Below are positions 1-9,914 of a stretch of DNA of 64,000 bases, in pieces (position 1 is the first letter of the stretch; every line of letters starts with the position of its first letter). Source of the stretch: Gemmatimonadaceae bacterium (GTDB taxonomy: Bacteria > Gemmatimonadota > Gemmatimonadetes > Gemmatimonadales > Gemmatimonadaceae); contig JBGAJQ010000009.1 in assembly GCA_044224875.1 (NCBI GenBank), forward strand, positions 54,839-118,838. Direction: 5' to 3'. Under the pieces are notes generated by a model. The model did no database searches, was not told the DNA's origin, and was given only the letters and a program-made list of their open reading frames with translations. Position numbers and translations under genes: made by a program.

Positions 1-2472
1 AACTTGGCAACCGGTGACGAGCGCTGGCTGCTGACCGAAATCCAGCGCGACGACATGGAATCGCGCGCGTCGCGCGATGCGCTCCCTGGGTATTCGTGGA
101 CTCCCGATTCGCGCGAAATCGTCATCGCCCATCACGGGAAGATCTGGCGCGTGGATGTGGGCAGCGGAAAGGAGACCGCTGTGCCATTCACGGCCGATGT
201 CGACGTGATGCTTGGGGAGTTGGCGCGATTCGACTACGAGATGAACGACAGTGTGCTGACGGTTCGCCAGATCCGTGGGGCGAGTCCGTCACCCGACGGC
301 AAGCAGTTGGCATTTTCCGCCCTCGACAAGCTCTGGTTGTTGGAGCTGCCGAACGGAACGCCGCGTCGCGTGACCCAATCTGCCGAAGGCGAGCACTCCC
401 CCGCGTGGTCGCCCGATGGGAAGTACATCGCGTACGTCACGTGGACCGAGGATGGCGGCGACATCTATCGGGTAGCAGCTGACGGCAAGAGCAAACCGGA
501 GCGCCTAACGACGCAGCGGGCATTCTACGAGAGTCCGGCCTACAACCCCGGAGGCACACGGATTGTGGCGGCTCGCGGACCGCGCGCCCAGCGGGAGATC
601 CGGAACGACGAGATCAACGGCGGGTTGACGATCATGGAGCTGGTGTGGATTCCGTCGTCCGGCGGAGCTGCGAAGCTCATCACTCCGCTAAACAACTTTG
701 GCCAGCCGCACTTCTCATCGGACAGCACGCGCATCTACGTGTATGAGAGCGCGGACGGGCTGACGTCCTTGCGCTGGGATGGCACGGATCGCAAGGCGCA
801 CCTGAAGGTGACGGGGTTTCAGGCGCCGGGGGCCGGACCCAATGCGCAACCGCGTCAGGCCGACGATCTGCTGATCTCCCCGGACGGCTCCCAGGTGCTG
901 GCCCAGATCGACAACAAGCTCTACCTGATGCCGATGCCGCTGACGGGCGGGCAGGTGCCGACCGTGTCCGTGAATCAGGGTGCCAATGCCGCTGTACCGG
1001 CGCGCCGCATAACGCGCACGGGGGGCGATTTCGTCGGATGGAACATCGATGGCCGCGGGTTCCACTATTCGTTAGGTCGTTCCTACTTTTCCTATGACCT
1101 CACCGCCGCCAGTGCGGCGATCGCTGACTCAACGACAAAAGGGAAGGATGCGGAGAAGCGCCCGGCATACCAGCCGACGCGCACGGACGTGACGATTCGA
1201 TCGACAAAGGACCGTCCAACCGGGACCGTCGTGTTGCGGAACGCGCGCATCATTACCATGAAGGGAGACGAGGTGATCGAGCGCGGCGACGTAGTCGTCA
1301 GCAACAACAAGGTCGCGGCGGTGGGCCCGGCGGGCAGTGTGACGATACCGTCCGGGGCGAGGACGATCGACGCCAGCGGCAAGACGATCATGCCCGGACT
1401 GGTCGACATCCACGCGCACATGTGGCCGCTGTGGGGTGTCCACGCCACGCAGCCCTACATGTACCTGGCGAACCTGGCGTATGGTGTGACGACGACGCGT
1501 GATCCCCAGACGTCGACCACCGATGTCCTCTCATATGGTGACCTGGTGGAGACCGGTGACATGCTGGGTCCGCGTGTGTACACCACCGGTCCGGGCGTCT
1601 TTCTGTGGGATGACGTCGTCAGCGCGGACGACGCCCGTGAGGTGATGAAGCGGTACTCCGAACACTATCAGACGCAGACGCTGAAGCAATACATGGCGGG
1701 GGACCGAAAGCAGCGACAGTGGATCATCATGGCGGCGCGAGAGCAACGCATCACGCCCACGCTCGAAGGCGGACTGGATTTCAAGAAGAACATGACGGAG
1801 GCGATGGATGGGTACGCCGGGATCGAGCACACGTTGCCGGTGGCTCCGCTCTACAAGGACGCGGTAGAGCTGTTTGCACGAAGTGGAACCACCTGGACAC
1901 CCACACTACTCGTGCAGTACGGTGGGCCGTGGGCGGAGAACTGGTGGTATGAGCACTACGACATCTTCGCCGACGCCAAACTGCGTCGCTTCACGCCATT
2001 CTCGGAGCTGGAGCGCCGCGGCCTGCGCCGACCCGGTTGGTTTCGTGACAACGAGTACTCGTTCAAGCTCTTCGCGGAGCAGGCGCGCAAGATCGTAGAG
2101 GCTGGCGGGCGAGTCGGACTTGGCGGGCACGGTCAACTGCAAGGCCTTGGTGTTCATTGGGAGCTGTGGAACATCGCCAGCGGTGGGATGAAACCGATGG
2201 ACGCCTTGCGTGTGGGAACCATTTTCGGTGCGGAAGCCATTGGGCTGCAACGCTACATTGGCAGCATCGAGGCAGGGAAATGGGCAGACCTCGTGGTACT
2301 GGATCGCAACCCGCTCGATGACATCAAGAACACCAATACCATCCGATATGTCATGAAGAACGGCCGCCTGTACGACGGAGAGACGCTCGCCGAGATCTGG
2401 CCGCGTCAACGCGACGTTCCCAAGTCCTGGTGGATGACCAACGACGCCGTCGCTCCCTCGAACCTCCGGTAA
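1..2472 (+). CDS. TolB/PD40-repeat protein fused to an amidohydrolase domain (5'-partial)
   Basis: Repeated SPDGK/PAWSPDG PD40-type motifs, then amidohydrolase motifs (GKTIMPGLVDIHAH, GSIEAGKWADLVVLD). The frame is open at the window start. Confidence 0.85.
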   Translation, partial: NLATGDERWLLTEIQRDDMESRASRDALPGYSWTPDSREIVIAHHGKIWRVDVGSGKETAVPFTADVDVMLGELARFDYEMNDSVLTVRQIRGASPSPDGKQLAFSALDKLWLLELPNGTPRRVTQSAEGEHSPAWSPDGKYIAYVTWTEDGGDIYRVAADGKSKPERLTTQRAFYESPAYNPGGTRIVAARGPRAQREIRNDEINGGLTIMELVWIPSSGGAAKLITPLNNFGQPHFSSDSTRIYVYESADGLTSLRWDGTDRKAHLKVTGFQAPGAGPNAQPRQADDLLISPDGSQVLAQIDNKLYLMPMPLTGGQVPTVSVNQGANAAVPARRITRTGGDFVGWNIDGRGFHYSLGRSYFSYDLTAASAAIADSTTKGKDAEKRPAYQPTRTDVTIRSTKDRPTGTVVLRNARIITMKGDEVIERGDVVVSNNKVAAVGPAGSVTIPSGARTIDASGKTIMPGLVDIHAHMWPLWGVHATQPYMYLANLAYGVTTTRDPQTSTTDVLSYGDLVETGDMLGPRVYTTGPGVFLWDDVVSADDAREVMKRYSEHYQTQTLKQYMAGDRKQRQWIIMAAREQRITPTLEGGLDFKKNMTEAMDGYAGIEHTLPVAPLYKDAVELFARSGTTWTPTLLVQYGGPWAENWWYEHYDIFADAKLRRFTPFSELERRGLRRPGWFRDNEYSFKLFAEQARKIVEAGGRVGLGGHGQLQGLGVHWELWNIASGGMKPMDALRVGTIFGAEAIGLQRYIGSIEAGKWADLVVLDRNPLDDIKNTNTIRYVMKNGRLYDGETLAEIWPRQRDVPKSWWMTNDAVAPSNLR

Positions 2473-2539
2473 CATCCGCCATCCCCATGTAAACATCAGG
2501 CGGTGGACGCGCTGGGCGGTCTGCGCCCTCGTCCCCGCC

Positions 2540-4666
2540 TTGGGCACCGTGCACGCGCAGACCCGCGCCAGCACACGTGTCACCTGGACGTCTGAGTCGA
2601 TGCACCTGGACGGTCACCTGGACGAACGCGTCTGGAGCCTTGCCGACTCCATCATCGATCTGCGCCAAGTGGATCCTGACGAGGGCACGCCGGGTTCCGA
2701 GCGAACGGTCGTGCGGTTCGTCGCGTCAACGGAGGGGCTATGGGTGGGTGCGTGGCTGTACGACCGCGAGCCCTCGCGAATCGTCCATGCGCAGCTGCGA
2801 CGCGATGGCGATATCGACGGGGACGACCTGTTCATCGTGGGGATCGACTCACGTCGAGACAATCGCTCCGGCTTCCTGTTTGGCGTGAACCCAAACGGTA
2901 CCGTCGCTGACGCCGAGATCTTGTCGTTCGAATCTGAAAACACGGAATGGAACGGGGTCTGGGACGCTCGCGCCCGAATCACAGGCGAGGGATGGGTGGC
3001 CGAGATGTTCATTCCGTGGCAGACGTTGCGCTACGCTGGCGACGCGACCGCCTTCCATGTCAACGTTGGCCGGCGAATCCCGCACAAGAACGAGGAGATC
3101 CTGTGGCAAGCCTGGCGCCGGACAGAGGGCATCAATTTCCTGGAGCGCTACGGCGTGCTGGACGGACTGCGCGACCTGCCGGGCCGCGCGGTCGCCGAAC
3201 TGCGTCCATTCGTGACGGCAACGTCGAAGCTGACGGAGCGCACCTTTGCTGCGGACGGAACGCCCACGGTCCTTTCGGCGAGCGAGACCCACGCCGACGC
3301 CGGACTGGATGCCAAGTTCGGCGTGGCAAACACCCTGACGCTGGATGCCACCTATCGAACAGACTTCGCACAGGCCGAGGTGGATCGGCAGGTGGTGAAC
3401 CTGACGCGCTTTCCGCTGTTCTTTCCGGAAACACGCGCCTTCTTCCTCGAAGGATCGGGGATCTTCGAGTTTGGCCGTCTCCGGCAGACGCAACTCTTCG
3501 ACAGCCGGCGGATTGGCCTCGACGGCAATGGGGCATCCGTTCCGATTCTTGGTGGGGCTCGGCTCACGGGACGGATCGCGTCCGAACAGGTCGGGCTGCT
3601 GGCGATCCGCACCGGAGGGAACGAGGACGCGACCGATGTCGTGGCGCGCGTGAAGCACGATGTGCTCGGGCGAGGATTCGTTGGGGCGATGGCCACACTG
3701 CAGGACCGGCCGAATAGCCGACGATCGCTGGCCGGAGGCGTCGACTTCAACCTGCCGTACATTGTCCGCGGCCAGAACCTCGTGCTCCTGGGGACGGTCG
3801 CCATGGATGAACGATCGGACACGACGGGTCACGCCACGTACGGTCGGTTCGTGCTGGACTACCCGAATGATGCGGCAGACATCGTGATGCGGTACGATGT
3901 CGTGGGACGTGGCTTCAATCCGGCGTTGGGATTCGTGGAGCAGTCCGGCGTTTCGCGTTTCGCGGGGCAGATCGAGTTGACACCTCGTCCGCGCCGACTG
4001 GGCATCCGGAAGCTCAGTTTCGTCCTGCCCTCCTGGAACTGGGTGCGTTACACCGATGGCTCGCTCAGCAACGCGTCACTGGAGATACGGCCGTTCGGCG
4101 CTGACTTCGAGAATGGGGCGTCGGTGGAGCTGAACTGGCAGCGTTCGTGGGATGTGCCGCGCGAAGCGTTTGAGCTGTTTCCAGGGACGGAGATCGCCGC
4201 TGGGCGGTATTCATGGAGTCGTGTCGAGCTCCAGCTCGAGTCGTCGCCGGCGCGCACGTTGCGTGCCGAGGTGACGGCGAGCGTTGGTGAGTTCTACGAG
4301 CGGACTGGGGACGCAGTGGAATTCGGCCTCTTTGCGAGGGCACAACCCCACCTTCTCATCGGCGTTGAGGGCGAGTGGAAGCGAATTCGCGGCGGTGGAT
4401 TCGACACCTTCTCGGCCAGGGTCGGTCGAGTGCGGTTGGACTACGCCATGAATCCACGGGTAAGTGCGACGTTCTTCGGCCAGTACGACAACGAGTCAGA
4501 GCGGCTGGCCTTCAATGCTCGCGTGCGGTGGAACCGGTCACCGGGAAGTGACGCGTACCTTGTCTGGAACTCGGCGTGGACAACGGAGCTGGACAGCGGA
4601 GTGCCATGGCGAACGCCGACGCGTGGTGCGCTCATCGCCAAGTACGTGCACTACCTCCGCCGGTAA
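2540..4666 (+). CDS. CBM9-like sugar-binding domain plus outer-membrane beta-barrel (DUF5916-like)
   Basis: LDGHLDE..W, GWVAEMFIPWQTLRY, TDFAQAEVDRQVVNLTRFPLFFPETRAFFLEG, then amphipathic beta-strands. The true start is probably upstream (see findings). Confidence 0.75.
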   Translation: MGTVHAQTRASTRVTWTSESMHLDGHLDERVWSLADSIIDLRQVDPDEGTPGSERTVVRFVASTEGLWVGAWLYDREPSRIVHAQLRRDGDIDGDDLFIVGIDSRRDNRSGFLFGVNPNGTVADAEILSFESENTEWNGVWDARARITGEGWVAEMFIPWQTLRYAGDATAFHVNVGRRIPHKNEEILWQAWRRTEGINFLERYGVLDGLRDLPGRAVAELRPFVTATSKLTERTFAADGTPTVLSASETHADAGLDAKFGVANTLTLDATYRTDFAQAEVDRQVVNLTRFPLFFPETRAFFLEGSGIFEFGRLRQTQLFDSRRIGLDGNGASVPILGGARLTGRIASEQVGLLAIRTGGNEDATDVVARVKHDVLGRGFVGAMATLQDRPNSRRSLAGGVDFNLPYIVRGQNLVLLGTVAMDERSDTTGHATYGRFVLDYPNDAADIVMRYDVVGRGFNPALGFVEQSGVSRFAGQIELTPRPRRLGIRKLSFVLPSWNWVRYTDGSLSNASLEIRPFGADFENGASVELNWQRSWDVPREAFELFPGTEIAAGRYSWSRVELQLESSPARTLRAEVTASVGEFYERTGDAVEFGLFARAQPHLLIGVEGEWKRIRGGGFDTFSARVGRVRLDYAMNPRVSATFFGQYDNESERLAFNARVRWNRSPGSDAYLVWNSAWTTELDSGVPWRTPTRGALIAKYVHYLRR

Positions 4667-4686
4667 CCGACAGTCCGTGCGTTAGG

Positions 4687-5979
4687 CTAGAAGACGCCGA
4701 GACCCGGCTCGGGTTCGCTGGAGTAGCCGACCGCGACGACACCGGTGGGGGATACGGCACGGACCGGCCGTCTCGCTCCCTTGGCCTCATACATCGCCCG
4801 GTCGGCGGCCTGAATGGCTTCGTCCAACGTGTCACGCGAGTCATACGGTGCGCAGCCGTAGCTCACGCGCACCGGGAGGAGGATGCCCGCGTAGGACAGT
4901 GTTGCACCTGCGGCAAGTGCGCGGTCCATGATGCTCCGCGCGCTGACTTCGTCCGCTCCAGGGAGAATGACGAGAAATTCGTCGCCCCCCCATCGATACA
5001 GTGCGTCATCCGCGCGCAGGACGTTGGACACGGATTGCGACACGTGGCGAAGCAGGGAATCGCCCGCCGTGTGACCGAGGGAATCGTTGATGGGCTTCAG
5101 GTGATCGACGTCGATGATGGACACGATGCCGTTCACCTTCATGGCGGCCTCGAGTCCCATCCCCTCGGAGAAGGCCTGACGGTTGAGCGCCCCAGTGAGC
5201 GGATCGTACATCGCCGCGCGTCGCAACGCAGCATGCGCCTCTTGCAGGCGCGCGTGCGCATCGCGCGACTCCTGCGTGGTGCGTTCCATCAACACGGTTA
5301 CCATCGCATACGCCATCAGCGTCTGCAGGATCGCGTCGAAGTACGAGTTGAAACGCGGGATCCAGGAGAGCCACGCCTTGAACAGATCGAGTGCTGTGAG
5401 GCTGAACGTTGCGCCATAGGCAGCCCATAAGACGGCGTGTGCGCCAAAGGCTACGGCGAGGAGCGCCGTGCCCGTCGAACGGCGGTGCGGTGGGGCGCCC
5501 AGTAGCGTGAACGCGCTGATCGTAAAGGCGGGCACCGCCAGCGCGCTCTGTACAATCATTATGCCGTTGAGCGGTGTGACCGTCGCTACTGCAACTGTTG
5601 CAACGGTCAGTGCGGCGAGGCCGACTTGCGATGTTGAGGGCACCTTGGCATCCGGCGTACGAAGCAGGCGCGTTCCCGCGACCAGAAGCGCCAGAAACCA
5701 GAGCTTGCCCGTCGCATACGTCAGATACAGCAAGCGGACGGCGACGTCGCGGTCGGGGCGCCGCCAGAGGTTGAGCCCGTCGCCGAGTTGGGAGTAGCGC
5801 AGCGAGACGGCGGCGATCGCGACCGCGAGCACCAGCCAGGCGTTGGTCCAGTAGCGAAAGTGTGTGGCGGCGCGCTGTTCGGCGGACAGCAACAACATGA
5901 GCAGCAGGATGAGCACGATGCTCCCCAGCTGCGTCAGGGCTCCGGCGAGCCCGAGTGCGACGATGGTGTCCGCTGACAT
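4687..5979 (-). CDS. Membrane-bound diguanylate cyclase (multi-TM N-terminus plus GGDEF domain)
   Basis: About 7 hydrophobic segments, then DPLTGALNR, DVDHLKPINDSLGH, RADD I-site and RWGGDEF. Confidence 0.9.
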   Translation of the reverse strand: MSADTIVALGLAGALTQLGSIVLILLLMLLLSAEQRAATHFRYWTNAWLVLAVAIAAVSLRYSQLGDGLNLWRRPDRDVAVRLLYLTYATGKLWFLALLVAGTRLLRTPDAKVPSTSQVGLAALTVATVAVATVTPLNGIMIVQSALAVPAFTISAFTLLGAPPHRRSTGTALLAVAFGAHAVLWAAYGATFSLTALDLFKAWLSWIPRFNSYFDAILQTLMAYAMVTVLMERTTQESRDAHARLQEAHAALRRAAMYDPLTGALNRQAFSEGMGLEAAMKVNGIVSIIDVDHLKPINDSLGHTAGDSLLRHVSQSVSNVLRADDALYRWGGDEFLVILPGADEVSARSIMDRALAAGATLSYAGILLPVRVSYGCAPYDSRDTLDEAIQAADRAMYEAKGARRPVRAVSPTGVVAVGYSSEPEPGLGVF

Positions 5980-6337
5980 TTAAGTAGTTGTGGGGCCGAG
6001 ACGTTGGCGACCGTCCACGCGCCCAGAACGATGACGAGTGCACCAATTGCGCCGTCACACGGTTCCCCCCCCGGGCCGTGGTGATCCCGCGGGTGAACCG
6101 GGCGGCCTCGCGCACGGCCGCGGGGTGGTGCCCGAAGGTGGGGTGACGTCGGACCCGGGCAGCGCTGCCGTGGCGGTGCTTCACGCGGCACACCGGCGCA
6201 TGTGGCAGTGGCCCGTGCGATTCGGAGGGATGCGATGCCGAGGTGTCATGTGGGGGCGACGACACGTGATGTCGACGTGCGAATTGCTGCGGCCCCGTTC
6301 CGCACGAGTTGCGCCTTCGTCACGAAACCAGGACGTA

Positions 6338-6355
6338 TGCAAGTACGTACTTGCA
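6338..6355. promoter_or_regulatory. Perfect 18-bp palindrome TGCAAGTACGTACTTGCA, likely TetR operator
   Basis: Exact self-reverse-complement, immediately upstream of the TetR start codons (ATG 6360 and 6390). Confidence 0.75.
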
Positions 6356-6359
6356 CGCC

Positions 6360-7010
6360 ATGACGCGTCCGACTACTCATTCGAGCCCTATGATCAGCCG
6401 CGAAAAACTTCTTGAAGCTGCTGCGCGCGTCTACGCGGAAGCGGGATTCCGCGGTTCCACGACGCGACGGATTGCGGAAGAGGCCGGAGTGAACGAGGTC
6501 ACGATCTTCCGGCTCTTCGGTTCCAAGGGAGCGTTGCTGGAGGAGGCGATTCGGCATTTCGCACCCAGCAGTACGGCCGCCCTGCTGCCGAATGTCCCCG
6601 TGGATCCGCAGTCGGAGCTGACGGCTTGGGCGACCGTGCAGCTCAATTTCCTGCGACGCCATGGCGGCATGATCCGTAAGGCCATGGCCGAAGTGGAGGA
6701 AATGCCCGAGATGGGAACCCAGACGTGTGAAGGCTGTATGCGCGGACACACGCAGTTGCGCCGATACGCCCGCAAGCTGGCCGAGCGGTGGGGGCACGCG
6801 CGCGACGTGGACATCGAAGCGGCCGTCGCCATGCTCCTCGGTGCCATTCTCTCCGATGCCATCGCGCGCGACGTCATTCCGGCGGGCTTCCCGCCGGCGA
6901 ACAAGGCTGCAGCCGCCTATGTCCGCGTCTTCCTGCGCGCCATGGGTGCGCCCGCCATCGGCAGCACGCCGCGGCGCCGGACCGCCACCCGCCTGACGGC
7001 ACGAGCCTAA
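6360..7010 (+). CDS. TetR/AcrR family transcriptional regulator
   Basis: REKLLEAAARVYAEAGFRGSTTRRIAEEAGVNEVTIFRLFGSK HTH. Heads the efflux operon. Start is ATG 6360 or 6390. Confidence 0.9.
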   Translation: MTRPTTHSSPMISREKLLEAAARVYAEAGFRGSTTRRIAEEAGVNEVTIFRLFGSKGALLEEAIRHFAPSSTAALLPNVPVDPQSELTAWATVQLNFLRRHGGMIRKAMAEVEEMPEMGTQTCEGCMRGHTQLRRYARKLAERWGHARDVDIEAAVAMLLGAILSDAIARDVIPAGFPPANKAAAAYVRVFLRAMGAPAIGSTPRRRTATRLTARA

Positions 7011-7028
7011 CGAACCCAAGGGGACTCC

Positions 7029-8702
7029 ATGAACCACATATTCTCGCGCTTCACTCTTTCTGCCGCCGTGCTGGCCATAGCGCCAGCCACGCCCTTGAGT
7101 GCGCAGGGCGGCCGTTCGCTCACTTTGGACGAAGCACTGCGCATTGCCAGCGCGCAAAGCGAGGCCGTACGCATCGCGCAGGCCGGCGTGCTGCGAGCCC
7201 AAGGGTTGCAGGTGCAGGCCCGCTCTCAGTACCTGCCGCAAATCTCGGGGACGGCCACCTATACGCGCACGCTCAAGTCGCAATTCGAAGCGCTACGCTC
7301 GTCCGCGCCGACGCCCCCGCCCACGGTACCGCCGGTACCGCCGCACGACACCACCACCTACTACACCCCCTGCACGCGATACCTCGCCGGCGGCAGCGCC
7401 ACGGAGACGGAGAAGATTCAGGGGCTGGAGCGGTTCGCCGCGTGCTCGGCATCGGGAAGCGGTGGGATCGACTTCTCCAAGGTTGGCTTTGGATCAGCGA
7501 ACCAGTATTCGTTAGGCCTGACCGGATCACTCACCGTGTACAGCGGTGGACGCGTGCAGGCCCAGAATCGGGCGGCAGAAGCGGGACGTCGCTCGGCGGA
7601 CGTCGAGGTCGCGTCCCAACGCGCCAAGCTCGCCCTGGACGTGACTGAGTCGTACTTCGACGCGGTGCTCGCCGATCGGTTGGTGGCGATCGCCGAGTCC
7701 TCGCTCACACAGACAGAAAGCGTGCTGAAGCAGACCCAGATCGCCCGACAGGTCGGGAATCAGTCGGAGTTCGACCTGCTGCGCGCCCAGGTGTCCCGGG
7801 ACAACCAGATGCCGCAGGTGATCAATGCGCGCACGAGCCGTGACTTGGCGTACCTGAAGCTGAAGCAGCTGCTGAACATATCCTATGCAGAACCTGTGAG
7901 TCTGACTACCACGCTGGCCGATGACAAGTCATTGGTGAGTCTGACGGCGAGCGAACTTCAGCCGGCCACCGCCAGCCCAGACACCTCGGTGGACAACCGG
8001 GCACCGGTGCGTCAGGTGATCGAGGCCATGCGGGTGGAGGAGGCGAACCTCGCCGGCGCCAAGTCCGAGTGGTTGCCAACGATCACGCTGTCGTCGCAAT
8101 ACGGACGCGTGGCGTTCCCTTCGAGTGGGGCGCCCAGCTGGTCGAACTTCCTGACCAACTGGACGGTCGCCATCGGCGCCTCGCTGCCCCTGTTCACGGG
8201 AGGACGGACGAGGGGAGAGAAGATGGTGGCCGAAGCCGGGCTGCGTGATGCCCAGGCGCGGGTCGACCAGACCCGAGAGCTCGCGGCGCTGGATGCCCGG
8301 CAGGCCATCGCGCAGCTCGAACAGTCGCAGGCGGCCCTGTCGTCGTCCATGGGCACGGCGGAGCAAGCGGCGAAGGCATACACCATCGCGGAAGTGCGGT
8401 ACCGCGAGGGGATCTCCACGCAGATCGAGTTGAACGATGCCCGCATCCTGTTGGAGCAGGCATCGGCGAACCGCGCCTCAGCCGTTCGAAACCTCCAGGT
8501 TTCGCGAATGCGTTTGGCGCTCCTGAAGGACCTGCCGCTCGGTGTGGGCGGGGTGCAGGTGCAATCGCTCGGTGGTGCGGCCGCGGCCGCGGCAACGAGC
8601 GGGAACGGCTTTGGTGGCAGTATTGCGCCGAACGGCAGTGGCACACGGAGCGCGTCGCAGCGCGCCGCGGCGGCAGCTGCAACATCGACTATCCCCCAAT
8701 AG
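7029..8702 (+). CDS. TolC family outer-membrane efflux protein
   Basis: Signal peptide, LTLDEALRIA, two OEP repeats (YLPQIS / WLPTIT), YREGISTQIELNDA. Confidence 0.9.
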   Translation: MNHIFSRFTLSAAVLAIAPATPLSAQGGRSLTLDEALRIASAQSEAVRIAQAGVLRAQGLQVQARSQYLPQISGTATYTRTLKSQFEALRSSAPTPPPTVPPVPPHDTTTYYTPCTRYLAGGSATETEKIQGLERFAACSASGSGGIDFSKVGFGSANQYSLGLTGSLTVYSGGRVQAQNRAAEAGRRSADVEVASQRAKLALDVTESYFDAVLADRLVAIAESSLTQTESVLKQTQIARQVGNQSEFDLLRAQVSRDNQMPQVINARTSRDLAYLKLKQLLNISYAEPVSLTTTLADDKSLVSLTASELQPATASPDTSVDNRAPVRQVIEAMRVEEANLAGAKSEWLPTITLSSQYGRVAFPSSGAPSWSNFLTNWTVAIGASLPLFTGGRTRGEKMVAEAGLRDAQARVDQTRELAALDARQAIAQLEQSQAALSSSMGTAEQAAKAYTIAEVRYREGISTQIELNDARILLEQASANRASAVRNLQVSRMRLALLKDLPLGVGGVQVQSLGGAAAAAATSGNGFGGSIAPNGSGTRSASQRAAAAAATSTIPQ

Positions 8703-8761
8703 CGCCGACGATGCCCATCTTGACGCAATTCCTACACGAAGACACTCGGGAGACTTCCTCC

Positions 8762-9889
8762 ATGTCAGGTTTCTATCGCTTTGCTCGACTGCTCCTGCCG
8801 GCGTTGGCGGTCGCCGCATTCACGGGATGCGGGGACTCATCGTCGGACGCGCGCGCGGAGAGTACATCACCCGCGGCCGCGGTCGGCCCGGAGAATGTGG
8901 TCACCGTGGGGTCGGCCGAGTTGTGGAGCGGGCCCACGATTTCCGGGTCCATTCAACCGGAGCGCGACGCGACCTTGCGTGCCCAGCTCGGTGGGCCGGT
9001 CCTCGCCGTGCTGGTGGACCAGGGCACGCCCGTGCGATCGGGTCAGGTGCTGGCGCGCGTGGACGATCGGTCGGTCCGCGACGCCTTCCTGTCGGCTCGG
9101 TCGGCCTTTACGACGGTCGAGAACGCCGCCCAGCTTGCGGCCCGTGAGCTACAACGTGCCGAACGCCTGAACGCGTCGGGGGCGATCGCCGACCGCGACC
9201 TGGAACAGGCGCGATGGAACAACACATCGGCGCAGTCGCAGATGGCAGATGCCCAGGCGCGACTGACCTTGGCCCAGAAGCAGCTGGACGACGCGCAGGT
9301 GCGGTCACCGTTCAGTGGTATCGTCGGCGCCAAGATGGCTTCCACCGGCGATATCGTGCAGCCCGGCACGGCAATGTTCAGCGTCGTGGACCCGAGCTCG
9401 ATGCGACTGGAGGCGAGCGTGCCAGCGTCGCAGCTGACGACAGTCAAGACCGGAGCGCCGGTCTCGTTCACCGTCAGTGGGTATCCGGGGAAGAGCTTCA
9501 CGGGCAAGGTGACGCGGATCAAGCCGATCGCCGATCAGGCCACTGGGCAGGTGGGTATCACGGTGTCGATCCCCAACGCGAAGGGCGTGCTCGTTGGCGG
9601 ATTGTTCGCCGAGGGGCGGGTGGGGAGCGCACGGCGCGAAGGCATGGTGGTACCGGCCAATGCGGTCGACATTCGCGGGCTCAAGCCCAGCGTGTTGCGG
9701 CTGCAAGGCGGGAAAGTCGAGCGTGTCGAAGTGGAGGTCGGCATCAAGGATGAGGAGTCTGAACGCGTTGAAGTCCTGAAGGGATTGGCGCGTGGCGACA
9801 CGCTACTGATTGGCGCGGCGCAGGGCCTGACGCCGGGAACGGCGGTTCGCGTGACTGCGCCATCGGATCGTCCCGTCACCAAGAACTGA
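8762..9889 (+). CDS. RND efflux periplasmic adaptor (MFP) lipoprotein
   Basis: Lipobox AAFTGC, lipoyl-like VDQGTPVRSGQVLA, RSPFSGIVG. Lies between TolC and the RND pump. GGAGA RBS before ATG 8762. Confidence 0.9.
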   Translation: MSGFYRFARLLLPALAVAAFTGCGDSSSDARAESTSPAAAVGPENVVTVGSAELWSGPTISGSIQPERDATLRAQLGGPVLAVLVDQGTPVRSGQVLARVDDRSVRDAFLSARSAFTTVENAAQLAARELQRAERLNASGAIADRDLEQARWNNTSAQSQMADAQARLTLAQKQLDDAQVRSPFSGIVGAKMASTGDIVQPGTAMFSVVDPSSMRLEASVPASQLTTVKTGAPVSFTVSGYPGKSFTGKVTRIKPIADQATGQVGITVSIPNAKGVLVGGLFAEGRVGSARREGMVVPANAVDIRGLKPSVLRLQGGKVERVEVEVGIKDEESERVEVLKGLARGDTLLIGAAQGLTPGTAVRVTAPSDRPVTKN

Positions 9890-9914
9890 TCGCTAACCAC
9901 GGGCAAACTCTCGT

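Noticed and set aside
4661..4687. GGTAAC...GTTAGGC as an integron attC site
   Set aside because: Only about 13 nt between the boxes, far too short. GTTAGGC is better explained by the window-wide heptamer.
5980..6330. GC-rich spacer upstream of the GGDEF gene as a riboswitch or ncRNA (GGGGGAACC resembles ydaO)
   Set aside because: The other conserved elements of the c-di-AMP and c-di-GMP riboswitches, SRP, tmRNA and RNase P were not found. The overlapping ORFs look like shadow frames.
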